This document shows, piece by piece, positions 7,691 to 7,977 of a DNA stretch of 7,977 nt (within the stretch, counting starts at the first letter, position 1; every line of letters begins with the position of its first letter). The stretch is taken from the NCBI RefSeq assembly GCF_006345805.1, contig NW_021828610.1, forward strand, positions 1 through 7,977, read 5' to 3'. A model generated the notes under the pieces. The model worked only from the letters and a program-made list of their open reading frames with translations. It was not told the origin of the DNA and did not search any database. Origin of the DNA: Octopus sinensis (taxonomy: Eukaryota). Both the position numbers and the translations under genes were made by a program.

Positions 7691-7977
7691 ATATTTTACG
7701 GTCTAACAGGAAATAACTCTAATTCTCCCCCATTCTTTGCTTCTTTCTGTTTCCTTTTTCGTTTTTGCTGTTTTTCAACCTTCCACCATTTATATCTACA
7801 TTTTTCTAACTTTTACCCTCATTCTATCGTCCCATTTTTAGTTTGTTATATCATTTGAGCAGTGCCTGAAGATTGTACTAGGATACTAGACGTCTTAAAA
7901 AGTTATGTCTGGTAAGTTTTCAGCACATGAAACTTTATAGTAGCATTTAAAAACGTATATTGAGTTTATTAGATACA

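Overview
Eukaryotic, AT-rich, repeat-saturated intronic or intergenic DNA, most likely from an octopus (inferred from the SINE families and the very high microsatellite density). There is no intact host protein-coding gene. From left to right: (i) a minus-strand CORE-type tRNA-SINE relic with a microsatellite tail; (ii) three plus-strand copies of a second, highly structured tRNA-SINE, two of them fused head-to-tail; (iii) a 250-bp (CTA/CCA)n tract; (iv) a 440-bp MITE with 30-bp TIRs, a perfect 8-bp TSD and internal TTAGGG repeats (Merlin-like); (v) a decayed minus-strand Ty3/Gypsy retrotransposon (putative 5' LTR, gag, protease, RT broken off at about the YxDD motif); (vi) long (TA)n, (TATC)n and (GTAT)n arrays; and (vii) a Penelope-like element remnant that the ORF track misses, plus two degenerate hammerhead-ribozyme-like motifs. 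Apart from the minus-strand gag/pol pieces, the ORFs in the track are artefacts of SINEs, antisense frames or microsatellites. I see no convincing new biological system. The best leads are the Penelope/hammerhead region, the telomere-repeat MITE and two weak candidate host exons.
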